Assembly: GCF_001194135.2 (NCBI RefSeq)
Contig: NC_069005.1
Coordinates: 28,443,289 to 28,500,899 of the forward strand
Direction: 5' to 3'
Origin: Octopus bimaculoides
Lineage: Eukaryota
Length of the DNA: 57,611 nucleotides
In this document: piece after piece, positions 12,883-26,335 of the stretch
How positions within the stretch are numbered: position 1 is the stretch's first letter
Layout of the letters: each line of letters opens with the position of its first letter
Position numbers and translations under genes: made by a program
Notes under the pieces: generated by a model
What the model saw: the letters and a program-made list of their open reading frames with translations, nothing else
Database searches by the model: none
What the model was told of the DNA's origin: nothing

Positions 12883-15289
12883 NNNNNNNNNNNNNNNNNN
12901 NNNNNNNNNNNNNNNNNNNNNNNNNNNNNNNNNNNNNNNNNNNNNNNNNNNNNNNNNNNNNNNNNNNNNNNNNNNNNNNNNNNNNNNNNNNNNNNNNNNN
13001 NNNNNNNNNNNNNNNNNNNNNNNNNNNNNNNNNNNNNNNNNNNNNNNNNNNNNNNNNNNNNNNNNNNNNNNNNNNNNNNNNNNNNNNNNNNNNNNNNNNN
13101 NNNNNNNNNNNNNNNNNNNNNNNNNNNNNNNNNNNNNNNNNNNNNNNNNNNNNNNNNNNNNNNNNNNNNNNNNNNNNNNNNNNNNNNNNNNNNNNNNNNN
13201 NNNNNNNNNNNNNNNNNNNNNNNNNNNNNNNNNNNNNNNNNNNNNNNNNNNNNNNNNNNNNNNNNNNNNNNNNNNNNNNNNNNNNNNNNNNNNNNNNNNN
13301 NNNNNNNNNNNNNNNNNNNNNNNNNNNNNNNNNNNNNNNNNNNNNNNNNNNNNNNNNNNNNNNNNNNNNNNNNNNNNNNNNNNNNNNACTTTGTAATATT
13401 TTTTAGCAACTTTTATTTTTTTCTTTCTACTTTTCTTTCAAATGCATTTTTTTTTTCTTCAAAAAAACTGTTTTATTATTATGTTAAATTTCAAATACAA
13501 AAAAAAAGATAGAAAAAAAAAAGACATGTACAATATGGAAAATCTCTGATTTTTCAGTCATGTTCTTCGAATGGAGTTTGTTAGATAGCAAAAAGTGGTA
13601 ATAATGTTATTTATTTTTCGTTTTAAATACCAGAGTTATCTATATATTATAATAAATATATATTAATGTATATATATATATATATATAAAAGGACAGAGA
13701 CATACAAGCAATTGACAGATAAATAGACATGAAGAGAAACAGGTAGATAAACATGAAAACAGAGAGAGAGAGAGAGAGATTGAGAGACAGACGAACATAT
13801 ATATAGAGAGAGATAAACAGACATGTACAAGTTGTCAGTCTGTGAGAGAGATGTGGGTACACAGTTGAACTAATACACACAAAGTATATGGACTGATGCA
13901 CATGAAAGTGATGGACACGTGCCAACAGAGAGAGAGACAGACAGACAGACAGATAAACATTTAGTTAGATAGTTAAATAGACATGCAGAGAGAGAGATAA
14001 AATCAGTTAGCGGGGACTATACATGGAGTGAAAGGGAGGGGGGGAATGGGGGCTAGGCAAGTCAGATGCACGCATAATTAGACAGATAGATAGATGGGAT
14101 AGAAATAGAGAGGAAGGCCCAGGGAGTATAATGAAGACCAGGGAATGAGAGGAGCGGGGTACAATGGGTGTAGTGGAGAAAAACTGGAGAGGAGGAGGAG
14201 GAGAAAGAAGCGAGTACATAAATAGATTTAAATTATGCGGCAGATAGGAGGGGAAGATAAGAAAGAAAGATCGTATCCCATCAAAGGTGATACATTGGCT
14301 AAGATGTTTCTACACACTGTGAAACAAGATGCATTTCAAACCTAAGATTATTGTTACTATTTATTATTATTGTTAGTAGTAGTATCGTCGTCATCATCAT
14401 CATCATCATCGTTATCAGCATTGTGGCAGTAACCACCTCAGTGCCACAGAAAATTCCTCGTGGCAAAATAATTGATTCTATTTTGCAACCCCTCTTATGC
14501 AACATAATATTTGCCGACAAACCATCACTAGTTCCCCTAGACTCTGACTAATTCACCCCCAAGTGAGATCGGTAAATCAATTTTGTCCTCCTATGTCGCG
14601 AGTTCAAAATGCTGTCAGCAGCCGGTCAAGTGGAGGGGTGGAGAGGGCAAAGGGTTTTTTTTTTGTGTGTGACAAAAGTAAAGCAAATTTATCAAACCAT
14701 GGAAAAAAATTGGTTTGTTACAAAAAAAGGAAGATGAAAAAAGTTTAATATTTCAAACCACATCCTTCATCAGAAAGAGAGAAAGTTAACAGGACCAGAA
14801 AACTTTACAATATCTCATTCTCTGGTGACAAATATTGCCTGAAATAATGCTTTCCACTTCTTCCTCCCAAAACAATCAATTATTTTCCATTGTTTCTGAT
14901 TCCATTAATTGCCATTACAGACCATCACTAGTTACAATGAATGTTACTGTTTACTTTTTCTTAATTGCAGTAAATAAGATGTACCAGGCATAATGTGTGT
15001 GTGTTTTGAGACGAGTGGCAAATCTGATCAACAGTACAACACACACACACACACACACACACACAATACTGTCTCTCCAGCTTTCACACCACCACTACCA
15101 CACAGATGAACCAACCAAAGCAGGAACCTCTATACCAGGTATGGACAACCATTTACAAGAAGTAGGGCCCATGTGACATTGCTCCTTATCAGGCAGGTTA
15201 CCCTACTTTCAAAAAAAAAAAAAAAAAAAATTGAAGGTGATTTTTTCATTAAGGGATAAAACTATAGAGGCATTGTGGTGCCATCAGTC

Positions 15290-15620
15290 AAGCCTGTCCC
15301 AAGACAACTCAGAGTGACGAAACAATCCTGCATCTGCTTGCAGTGTCTGAGCGTTGCTGCGTCTATGCTAAACACCCACAGATGTGTGTAGGACGGATCT
15401 GGTTACCAACCGACTCCAGTGTGAAGGTTCCACCCTTCACCTGGGAGGCGCAGCCAGGTTTCCTCTGTCTGGTGGCTGAGACTGAGAGGACCCTTTCAGT
15501 GAAGCCTTCCTGGACTTTTTCTCAAGTTTCATTTCCACCTTCCAAAACTAAGGTGAGGGTTGAGAAGGGGGTGCTTCCCTACCACTACCACCTAGTAAGT
15601 ATGTTAGGTGGATGAATTTA
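15290..15620 (+). mobile_element. Possible ancient L1/Tx1-like LINE fragment (zinc-finger region)
   Basis: ACPKTTQSDETILHLLAV resembles the CPxC...ETxxHxLxxC zf-RVT motif; heavily decayed. Confidence 0.35.
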
Positions 15621-16056
15621 GTGAGAATGATTTGAGAGTGAGCCTAGTTTAAGCAGGTGCCTGTTGACTGGAGAGAACTAGAGTAGGGCAGCTACTCTTG
15701 GAAGTCAGGGCGGCCCGTGGTCTGTGAATTTCTCTGGTTACCATCACCATCACAATATTCGTTTTCCATGCTAGCATGGGTTGGCTGGACACTCTGAGGG
15801 GAACTAGTAGGTCAGACTGCACAAAGCCTTGCAGTGGTCCACTTTGGTATTATTTCTACAGCTGGGGGTATTTTGCTGTTACACATGTCTATCTAAACCC
15901 CCGCTGTTCTTTGTATGGTTCGAAATGATTTTGGCCCTTGAGACAAATAAATCATCATTATTACTATTACAGTTGTAGTGCATCAACTCATTGCAAAAAC
16001 AGAGCCAATTCTCTCCTTTCGATACTGAGTAAGTAGTCTCCCTTACATCGTTTCTA

Positions 16057-16374
16057 CCTTTAGCGTTCAGAAATACTGTCAAATGTAAAGCTTATTTATT
16101 CAAATTGTTTCGAATTAAACATGCATTATCTTGCAGCTTCGAGATTTCAATGATGTGAATAGGCCGTATCTGAACATAAAACAGGCAGAATATCTGGGTG
16201 GGATCTGACCAGTTGAACCCTTTAGCATTCAGATTACTTTGTCAAATGTAATGCTTATTTATTCTCATTGTTTTGAATTAATCTTGTAGCTTTGAGATTT
16301 CAAAGATGTGATTGTTTATTTTTAGAATGAATTATTTGGGCCGGATGTGATTGGTTTAAATGATAAAGGGTTAA
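16057..16374. mobile_element. Tandem partial copies of another piggyBac-like MITE family (relatives at about 26610-26820, 39645-39810, 42430-42640)
   Basis: Repeated CCTTTAGC(G/A)TTCAGA...TGTCAAATGTAA body ending AAAGGGTTAA. Confidence 0.55.
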
Positions 16375-19300
16375 CTCTCTGCAACACAGTAGTGATGGTG
16401 GGTAGTGAGCTCAGTCACGGCTTCAGGATGTGATCATCCTCCTTGGTACAAGTCCCCCCCCCCCGGTTCAGCTAGTTCCAGCTGAGCATACATTAATACA
16501 GGGAGCCCTATGTCCAGGGACATGGGTCCCCACCATCATCACCACCAAGCCTTGGTTGACAATCACATCGAGATGTTTCGATTAAAAAGAAAAACATTGT
16601 TGATGGTGAACCTCATACCCTGCAGGTGATGCAGTGACGCCCTTGGTTAAGTTATTTTTGATTCAGCCCCTGTTGTTACATTAGGTCCCCACTTCAGAAC
16701 CTGTGTGGTAATGCAGAATTGTGAGCTTGGGGAAGGATTTGGGTGGTCACTAAAGAAAGATAGTAGTAATAATAGTTACATGGTGTTAAGCGTTTCGAGA
16801 AGACCGTGTCATTGCTGTTGCCCTATTAAATGATAACCATGCGCACACTATATCTCTGTTAACTAGCAACCCTTCAGTCGTACTCCACTATGGCCCATAC
16901 AGTACTTCACACTGATACACTATACCCTTTGACCATCCACATTAACTTCTCTCTCACTCTTATATATATATGTGTGTATATATAAAAGAGTTTGTATGAT
17001 TGCATATAAAACAATATATAAATCAATGAAATCTCAACAGTCTGATTTTCACGTTTTATTATTTGAAATTTTTACATTATTGAAACAAACTAGTACTCTC
17101 ATGTGTTACACAACCGTGGCAGTCTCGTTCCACAATTGACAAATGTGTTGAAAGAACTAGTTTATTTCAATATTGTGAAATTGTAAAAATTGCAAATAAT
17201 AATAAGTGAAAATCAGACTAAGTTGGAATTTCATTGATTAATATATATAAATTTAAGATCTTCTGTAGAGTACAAATTTATCATTCTTATAAAGAATGTC
17301 GTTGACAGTGACTTTGAAGCTTTTGCCAGCTACGGCCTGTCCAACGATGGCCTAGCTGGCTGAAACTTAGAAGTCACTATCAACAAAATTCTTGTATAAG
17401 AATAATAAATATTAAGATATATGTGTGTGTGTACGACTCCATTTCTATCATATGTCAACCACCTCCCTTTTTCTGTATATCCACTGCATGTCTGTCTTCC
17501 CCATCTCTCTCTCAATATATATATATATATATATATATATCTTTCTCTGTCTATTTCTACTGTATGTCTACCTTCTTCTTTCTGTATATCTATTGCATAT
17601 CTGTATCTCTCTCTCTGTGTCTCTGTCTGTCTCTCTACCTCTATAAATCAAGAAGTAAAAAGATAAAAGAAATAACACTCTAGTACAGTTATTATTCCTT
17701 ATGATAAGCCCACATATTGGGATTTTATTTTCCTTTTGATTCTCACACAAAATACTGAGCTGAGACAGGCATCGGAGGGAGGTAGCAAAGAAAGAGGGAA
17801 TCCCATTCACCCTAGCACCACCCAAAGCCTCCATAACAAAATTAAAACTGACTGCTTTTGTCCAAAATTAATACATAAATCTAATTAACACTAGCACAAC
17901 TCCCTGATGATGATAATAAAACTGTCTAGTTAATAAAAGCGACACACACACACACGTACCCTGGGTAGGTAGCCACAGCAATACAGAGAGGAGGGAGGGA
18001 TATTGTTAGGGTGGGCGTGGGAGTGACAATTCAGTTAAATCTATCATGATTCTACTATAAGCACAAGGCCTGAAATTTTAGAGTAAAAAAAAAATCAAGT
18101 GTAAAATAGTGCAATATATACATGCGTAAATGCAGTATTTTATGGTGAGAAACTAAGCTAAACACTTGTTGCATTCACTAAAATGCATCAACACCAGTAC
18201 ATTGCACCTGGCGCAGCTGAAGTATTGAATAAAGGCAAAATAAGCGGAAGACAAGGTGCTGCTTTGCTTATCTATCATAAGAAGCAATAATGAAACTTTG
18301 GTAGCACAAGAAATGGTAGAGTCCACAAGACCAGGTTATGGTACAGTCTACAAGTGTGGACAATGGTAGAGCCCACATTCAGTAGGTAGGAAGAACAGTC
18401 GTACTTGTACTGTCCTTCATACCTGGGTACATTCTACATCAATCACTAACGCCATACCCATCTTAGTTGTCACACATACACACACACACTGGTTACCACA
18501 TATGTACCATGCTACATTCACCCTGGATAGCCGGAGAGGAGGGAGGGATATGAAGGGTGGTGGGAAGGACAATTCTGTCAAATCTGTATTATGATTCTAT
18601 TCTAAGCACATGACCTAAAAGTTTTGAGGGGATGGGGCTAGTTGATTACATCAACCCCCAGTGGTGTGTGTGTGTGCTTGACTGGTACTTATTTTATCGA
18701 TCCCCCAAAAAGATGAAAGGAAAAGTCGACCTAGGCAGAATTTGAACTCAGGACGTAAAGACAGATGGCACAAGGCCAGCAATTTTGGTGAGAGGGAGTG
18801 GCAGGGAGGGGGAATCAATTAATTATATTGACCCTAGTGGGCAACTGGTATTTATTTTATTGACCCCCATCCCTAACCACTGGACCATTGTGCCTCCACA
18901 GCTGTATTATAATACAGAAAGACAGGGTGACTGCAGAGAGAGAAAGAGAAGGGAGGAGATTCAATGTTCGAGGAGGAGTATTGACTTCAATGACAGTGGG
19001 AGGTGCAGGCAGAGAGAGAGAGAGAGAGTTGTGAAATTAGAGGTTTTGTAAAATATGAAGAGGAGGAGGAGGAGTTGTAAAGTAAAAGGTGAAACCATTT
19101 TACTGTACTTTGTTGTAGTTACTACATGAAGGGGGTGTGGAAAGCACCCCCTCCCCATCCCCACCAAAAGGCAAAGAATAAGAAAAAATAAAAAACAACA
19201 AACGAAGGCTGAAGACTCCCCTCTTCCCCCCCACCATTCTGCCCCACCCGACCCATCCAACCCCACTAGAGAGAAAGAGTGAGAGTGAGTGAGTGGAGGT

Positions 19301-21152
19301 GGGAGTTGAGTGGGGAGGTGGTGGCGTCTAACCATGTCACACTTTAACACAGCATCCGAGTCTGTGACGCCAGGAGGTCACAGTGGCACAGCGCTATACA
19401 AAAGAGAAGGCAGGAGAGGTCCCAGAAGACTTTAGGGAGAGCGAGAGAATGAATGAAAGGGGGGGAGGTGCAGCGGTGGCATTGTGGCCGGTCATTGATA
19501 CGGTTCATTGGCTGTCGTGGAAAAGAGCAAAAGGACNNNNNNNNNNNNNNNNNNNNNNNNNNNNNNNNNNNNNNNNNNNNNNNNNNNNNNNNNNNNNNNN
19601 NNNNNNNNNNNNNNNNNNNNNNNNNNNNNNNNNNNNNNNNNNNNNNNNNNNNNNNNNNNNNNNNNNNNNNNNNNNNNNNNNNNNNNNNNNNNNNNNNNNN
19701 NNNNNNNNNNNNNNNNNNNNNNNNNNNNNNNNNNNNNNNNNNNNNNNNNNNNNNNNNNNNNNNNNNNNNNNNNNNNNNNNNNNNNNNNNNNNNNNNNNNN
19801 NNNNNNNNNNNNNNNNNNNNNNNNNNNNNNNNNNNNNNNNNNNNNNNNNNNNNNNNNNNNNNNNNNNNNNNNNNNNNNNNNNNNNNAGACAAAATAACAA
19901 ATATGATTAAATTTGATAAAAAAAAAATATCAGAAATAATACATTTCTAAATCTCCGAGAGAGATTTATGCAGTAGTGATACGTTGAAGTAGTTGTATGC
20001 TGTCAACTGAATGTGACAGTCCCATGAAGGGAATAATACTACTGTTGTTCAGACCTAGGAAATCAGTGAATGTATTTCACTAGAATTATTATATGTTTAT
20101 AAAAGCTTGACGGGCATCTTCGACTAGCAGGTCATGCTACTCCAGACTAATGATGAGCAAAGACTCAGAATATGTCTCTGGATAAGGTGGCTAGCTGGCA
20201 GAAACGTCAGCATGCCGGTGAAATGCTTATTGGTATTTCATCTGCCGTTACGTTCCGAGTTCAAATTCTGCCAAGGTCGACTTTGTCTTTCATCCTTTCG
20301 GGGTCGATAAATTAAGTACCAATTACACACTGGGGTCGATGTAACTGACTTAATCCCATTGTTTGTCCTTGTTTAGCCCCTTGTGGGCAATAAAGAAATA
20401 AGAAACATGTCTCTGGATGCAGGCTTAGCTGGGTGGAGATGCTTGTAAACATAAGGACACAGGAAATGTGTCAAGGCCGACAGGAAGCGGTGCAGCTTCC
20501 TAGGTCTAAACAACAGTAGTATTATTCCCTTCATGGGACTGTCACATTAAGTTGACAGCATATAAAAAAAATATCAGTTTCAAGTTTGGGAATTTCAGCG
20601 AAGGAAGAAAGTCGATTAAATCGACCCCAGTGCCCAACAGTAATGGTCCTTATTTTATTGACTCCGAAAAGAATAGAAAGCAAAGTCAACCTCAGCAGAA
20701 TTTGAACTCAGAATGCCCCTAAACGCTTTGCCTGTGTGCTAATGATTCTGCCAGCTCGCTGCCTTAAATAATAATAATAATAATAATCCTTTCTACTGGA
20801 AGCACAAGGCCTCAAATTTGGTGGGAGGGAAACTAGTCGATTACAGCGACCGCAGTATTCAACTGGTACTTAATTCATAGACCCCGAGAGGATGAAAAGC
20901 AAAAATCAACCAGGGCAGAATTTGAACTCAGAACATAGCAGCAGATGAAATACTGTTAAGCATTTCACCCAGTGTGCTAACGATTCTGCCAGCTCACTGC
21001 CTTAATAATAATAATAACAGTAATGGTTTCAAATTTTGCCACAAGAGCAACCATCATCTCTATTTCATTTAACAGGCCTATTTCCAATCTATCATTCTAA
21101 TCATACGTTTGCTCTAGATTTAGAAGGAGTAGTGGTGTGAGGCAGTACTTAC

Positions 21153-21216
21153 CTTAGGGAAGAGGGAGGCCATGTCTATAACAGCCGAGTATATCTTATC
21201 AGAACATGGAGCAAAA
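21153..21216 (-). CDS. Git: GIT exon (64 nt, 2->0): FAPCSDKIYSAVIDMASLFPK
   Basis: tttcag|T...AAG|gtaagt; matches PCSERIHVAVTEMAALFPK. Confidence 0.95.
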
Positions 21217-21322
21217 CTGAAATAGAAGAAAATAGTAGTTTGTAACAAAAAAAAGAAAGAAAGAAAAATCCAAAAATCAACAACAACAATGATTAACAAC
21301 CGAAAGCGAAAACTAAACGAAC

Positions 21323-21517
21323 CTTTCGAATTTTCCCTCTTGTGCTGATTGCAGAAGTTCTTGGATCTTGCGGGTGATTCGTTCGGTTTTCTTGACAACC
21401 TCATCTTGGGTTGGTAGACCCTGAACGTCAGCGCCGACCTCTTCATACACAACAGAGGGAGACCTCGTCAGTGGAACAGCTTCACTAATGCTCTGAAGGG
21501 AGCTTTTGTGGCTGTCG
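21323..21517 (-). CDS. Git: GIT exon (195 nt, 2->2): start of paxillin-binding/FAT-like domain, ...GLPTQDEVVKKTERITRKIQELLQSAQEGKFE(S)
   Basis: tcacag|C...AG|gttcgt; matches LPSTEDVIRKTEQITKNIQELLRAAQE. Confidence 0.95.
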
Positions 21518-22484
21518 CTGTGAAATGGAACAAAGCAAGACTCAACATCAAACAGAATAATAATAATAATAATAATCCTTTCTACTATAGTCACAAGGCC
21601 TGAAATTTTGGGGGGAGGGGGACTAGTCGATTGCAGCAACCTCAGTGTTTCACTGGTACTTAGTTTATCAACCCCGAAAGGATAAAAGGCAAAGTTGCCC
21701 TTGGCAGAATTTGAACTCAGAACGTAAAGACAGACGAAATACTGTTAAGCATTTCGCCCGGCGTGCTAATGTTTCTGCCAGCTCACTGCATTAATAATAA
21801 TAATAATAATAATCCTTTCTACTATGAGCACAAAGCCTGGATTTTTGTGGGGAGGGGGATAATCGATCACATTGACCCCAGTACTTGACTGGTAGTTAAT
21901 TTATCAACCCCGAAAGGATGAAAGGCAAAGTTGACCTTGGTGGAACTTGAAATAATAATAATATTAATATCAATAATAATAATGATGATTTCAAATTTTG
22001 GTACAAGGCCATCAAGTCCAGAGGATGGGGTAAGTCAGTTATATTAACCCCAGTCCTCCACTGGTGCTTATTTTATTGACCTTGAAAGGGTGAAAAGCAA
22101 ATAATAATAACAAGAGCACTCAGTACAAACCTCTGCCAAAGCAACACCAATGTCCTGTCAATAATTAGCCAGAGATGATTTTTGAAATGAGAATATCTGA
22201 AATAAACTCAACTGCTCTCACAAACAAGAATACTAAAAATGAACCCGAACACTCTCAAAAAATAATCCAGAATCCTCGTCTGGTACAAGATTGATCCCAA
22301 AATCTAACCAGTTTGTGCCAGTCACGAGGCCAAACATCCCAGAAGGTTTCATCTGAATCCATCCAGCGACTGAAAACAATATCCCTGCCTTCGCTTAGGT
22401 GGAGGTAATAAATACCCTGATGTAGTACCAAGCATATATTTGTACCCCAGTGTCACTTTGATGGCATGCACTGCTCTCTCACTC

Positions 22485-22515
<31 letters not shown>

Positions 22516-23387
22516 CTTCTTATAACAGAAACAGTTGTAAGCTAATGAAAGTGACTACATGACTTGTTCTCTTTTCATTCATTAATGTGTGTGTGTAATT
22601 GTGTATACACACACAGAGACACATTTAAAGTAAGTTGGAGAGACAGTTTGAGATACAATTATGGAAATATAAAAATAGACAGTGGTACTTGAATATCTTG
22701 ATCTATTTTTATCAACTGTAACCGTAATCTCGCAATATTATATCATACGTGTGAAAATGATTGACTGTTGGTAATGATGTAAACCAGAACTACCAGTTGA
22801 GATAGCGAGGCCTGAGGAGGGTGAGTAAGCCAACAACACCATTCTGGGGTCTCACTCTCACTTTGGTGAGGATGGGGGGGGGGGCATAACAAGTAAAAAT
22901 ATACCTGCATACCAGGGTGAATGCATTTCTCACAAGAATCAACAGCCATCCATCAAACGTACAAATGACAAGGTGGGAGGATTAAAGCTTTGGTGGTGGT
23001 CATGGTGGGGTGTCCAGTATTGTTGACTCGCTTGGCAACTCCTACATCTGGTTGTCTCTTTTAACTCTTTGGCATTTGGTCCTACCCAGCCCAAATATTC
23101 TGCCAGTTTTCTGTTCACACCAGCCAGTAATCTCCCTTGTAGATCACACGCCAAAGTAGCATGCATGTATGTATAAACATACATATGCATTACATACATG
23201 TATTCACACAACCCATGCAAGTATAGAAAAGTAGACATTAAAATAATGATGGCTGATGAGGATGTGACTCAGCCAGAGGCACTTGGTAACGACCAGTCAC
23301 CTTCAACTCGTGTAATAGCATAAAGGAAAGAAAGAATGATTGCTACATTCAGTCCAATTTCTGTTTAAAAAAAAAGGAATCACTTAC

Positions 23388-23509
23388 CATTGAGAGTTCT
23401 TTCGACTGTTGCTCGCACAACTCGCGTTGTCATAGTCACATTCCTCCCCTGCACAAGCAGTTTCACTGCGGGCAGGACTTGGAGTACCACTGAAGTTTTT
23501 ACCACCAAG
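23388..23509 (-). CDS. Git: GIT exon (122 nt, 0->2): LGGKNFSGTPSPARSETACAGEECDYDNASCASNSRKNSQ(C)
   Basis: ctgtag|CTT...TG|gtaagt; DYDN motif as in GIT SDYDNT; phase matches the next exon. Confidence 0.85.
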
Positions 23510-25254
23510 CTACAGGAAAAAATGGAATAGTGAGTGTGGGAGACAGAGAATGAGGTGAAGCAAGACAGAGAGAGAAAAGATTAAGATTGTTTTAGCAACG
23601 ACCAATGGCAAAAGTAATTTCTTCAATTGAAAATTAATACAAATAGCACAAACTTCAAACAGTGGTGAGAATAGTTGATCAGTTGTTGAACTCTGAAATT
23701 CCTGTTGATAACCGAGTCAAAAACTCAGTTCTGTAATGATTCTGCTACGGAACAGAAGTGAATAAACCGAGGAAGCAATTAGAGACATTCTCCCCCCTTA
23801 CATTAAAGAATTCTTCTCTTCCTGCAGAATGAATGTAAACAATGTTAGTACACTTCATATGATATCGCACGTTTCAAAACTGGCTGATTAATGCAGTCTT
23901 GTAGGGGTACTGCATTGGACTGGAAGTTAAATTTTAACCAATCAAATATTCCCTACATTAAGTATGTTGAAACTAACTCACCTATCTACCTACCAGTGTG
24001 TCTGTATATTTCTAGTTAGACTTCATCAGATTTCCTTTTGCTGACAACACCAAAATTATTCATTCTTAAAAAAATTCTAGTTTCCTACACCAACCACTGC
24101 TTTATATATATATGTATAATTCTTGTACATTTGTTAGTAACTTTGTCATCACAACTTCAAGTATAGTGATGGCTGTACTTTGCTGATGAGGTCATAAGAC
24201 CAAAACATACACAACGTTGTCTTCTCCTGGTTCTTGATTTATTTATGCAATTATCCATTTATTTATTCATTTATATGCATTACAGGATCAAGTGTGTGTG
24301 TGTGTGTGTTCGCTTAATATGAAATCACATTGTGATTATTCTGTTTACCCCCAATTCAGTGATGCCACATTCCTTCAAGAAATTATTTCAACTGTTACGA
24401 ATCACGTTTATCCCAAACATTTGAATCTTTAAATCACAAAAAATCTTGTGTCCCCACCTTGTGAACACAAGGACACAGGGAATGTGTCAAGGCCGACAGG
24501 AAGTGGTGCAGCTTCCTAGGTCTAAACAACAGTAGTAATATTCCCTTCATGGGACTGTCACTTAAAGTTGACAGCATACAACTACTTCATCGTATCACTA
24601 CTGCATAAATCTCTGTGAGAGATTTAGAAATGTATTATTTCTAAACAAAAAAATCTTTTTGAAAGATTTTAACTGTATTTACTAATCTAAAATATTCAGT
24701 TTCTGAAAACCTACTGAATTAGTGAAAGCAGAACTTCTTTGCCAAACACTAGATCTGTAAAATATATATATATATATCACAAAGAAATCAACAGCAACAA
24801 AATTCCAAACAACTCAAGAATTACAAAAAGCTGTTGCAAAACCATAACGAAAAAAACTTATTATTATTAAAACAAGAGAAAACATCAAAAACTAAAATGG
24901 CTGGCACAATTCCAAGACATTGAATAGCAGCAAAAATTGTTTCCAATGTTTGAAAAAGAATTAATAGTTTGGGTTAGGAAAAACACAATGTTGTTATTAT
25001 TATTATGATGCAACAATCGAAGACAAGGTTGGTTAGACACTAGAATTTGGGTACGGTGGGGAGGAAGATGGTGCACTAAAAGTAACCGACAACAAAAAAG
25101 AAACAAACATACAAACCAACTAACCAAAAGGAGTAGAATAAAGGTTCACTGGATTTCATTCCTTGGATTAAGGGGTTACTTCAGATTTGCCCTGGACCAA
25201 CACTTACATTATCGTTTACCATATAAAGGCAGACTCCCACTCCTTTCGGTCATG

Positions 25255-26335
25255 AATTACATCGACCCCAGTGCTTAACTGGTACTTATTTTATTGACCC
25301 CCTGAAAGCATGCAAGGCAAAGTTGTCTTCAACAGAATTTGAGCTCGTAATGTAAAGACCAATGAAATGTCATTAAGCATTTCGCCCAGCGTGCTAACGA
25401 TTCTTATTTCTTTATTGCCCACAAGGGGGGAAACATAGAGGGGACAAACAAGGACAGACAAAGGGATTAAGCCGATTACATTGACCCCAGTGCATAACTA
25501 GTACTTAATTTATTGACCCAGAAAGGATGAAAGGCAAAATAGACCTCGGCAGAATTTGAACTCAGAACGTAACGGCAGACGAAATACCACTAAACATTTC
25601 ACCCGACATGCAAATGATTCTGCCAGCTCATCACCTTAACTGAAGGAAATAGTGATTTCAAATTTTGGCACAAGGCCAGCAATTTCAGGGCAGGGGTAAG
25701 TCGATTACATTGACCCCAGTGCTCGACTGGGGCTTATTTTATCCACCCTGAAAGGATAAAAGGCAAAGCTGACTTCAGCAGAATTTGAACTCAGAACATA
25801 AAGACCAACGACCACGAAGCATTTTTGTCTGGCATGCTAATGATTTAGCCAGCTTGCCACTTTGGTACTATTAATAATAATCCTTTCTACTATAGGCACA
25901 AGGCCTGAAATCTAGGAGAGGTGGGGAGTGGGGGGGGCTAGTCGATTACATCAATCCCAGTATTCAACTGGTACTTATTTTATCGACCCTGAAAGGATGA
26001 AAGGCAGGGTTAACCTCAGCGGAATTTGAACTCAGCACGTAATAATAATAAGCATTTTGCTCAACATGCTAATGATTCTGCCATCTTGACTCCGCATTTA
26101 TAGAATCAACTTTTTATAATATTGGCTTCAAATTTTGGCACAAGGCCAGCGATTTGGGGGGGGAGGGTTTAAGTTGATTACATTGTCCCCAGTGCTCAAC
26201 TGGTACTTATTTTATCGACCCTGAAAGGATAAAAGATAAAATCGACCTCAGCGGGATTTGAACTCAGAACATAAGGATGAAATGCCACTAAACATTTTTG
26301 CCTGGCTTGCTAACAATCCTGTCAGCTCACCACTT
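25255..26335 (-). mobile_element. Head-to-tail array of 5 family A SINEs
   Basis: Five successive units with the B-box read as GAATTTGA(A/G)CTC or GGATTTGAACTC on the + strand. Confidence 0.88.

Larger units (their letters stand above)
20580..22100 (-). mobile_element. Cluster of about 5 minus-strand family A SINE copies around the GIT exons at 21153-21517
   Basis: Repeated GCACAAGGCC...GAATTTGAACTCAG...CTGCCAGCTC units separated by (AAT)n. Confidence 0.85.

Noticed and set aside
19344-19511. PMNRINDRPQ...RMLC* as the GIT terminal exon (phase-0 acceptor at 19512)
   Set aside because: No similarity to the conserved GIT C-terminal helices; more likely 3' UTR, though a minor isoform cannot be excluded
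22939-23238. 99-aa minus-strand ORF as a GIT exon or TE protein
   Set aside because: No recognisable motif, no convincing splice pair, and flanking exons already join in phase
24885-25127. Exon-like segment after a ttttag acceptor near 25080
   Set aside because: No credible donor in a compatible phase and a stop follows quickly
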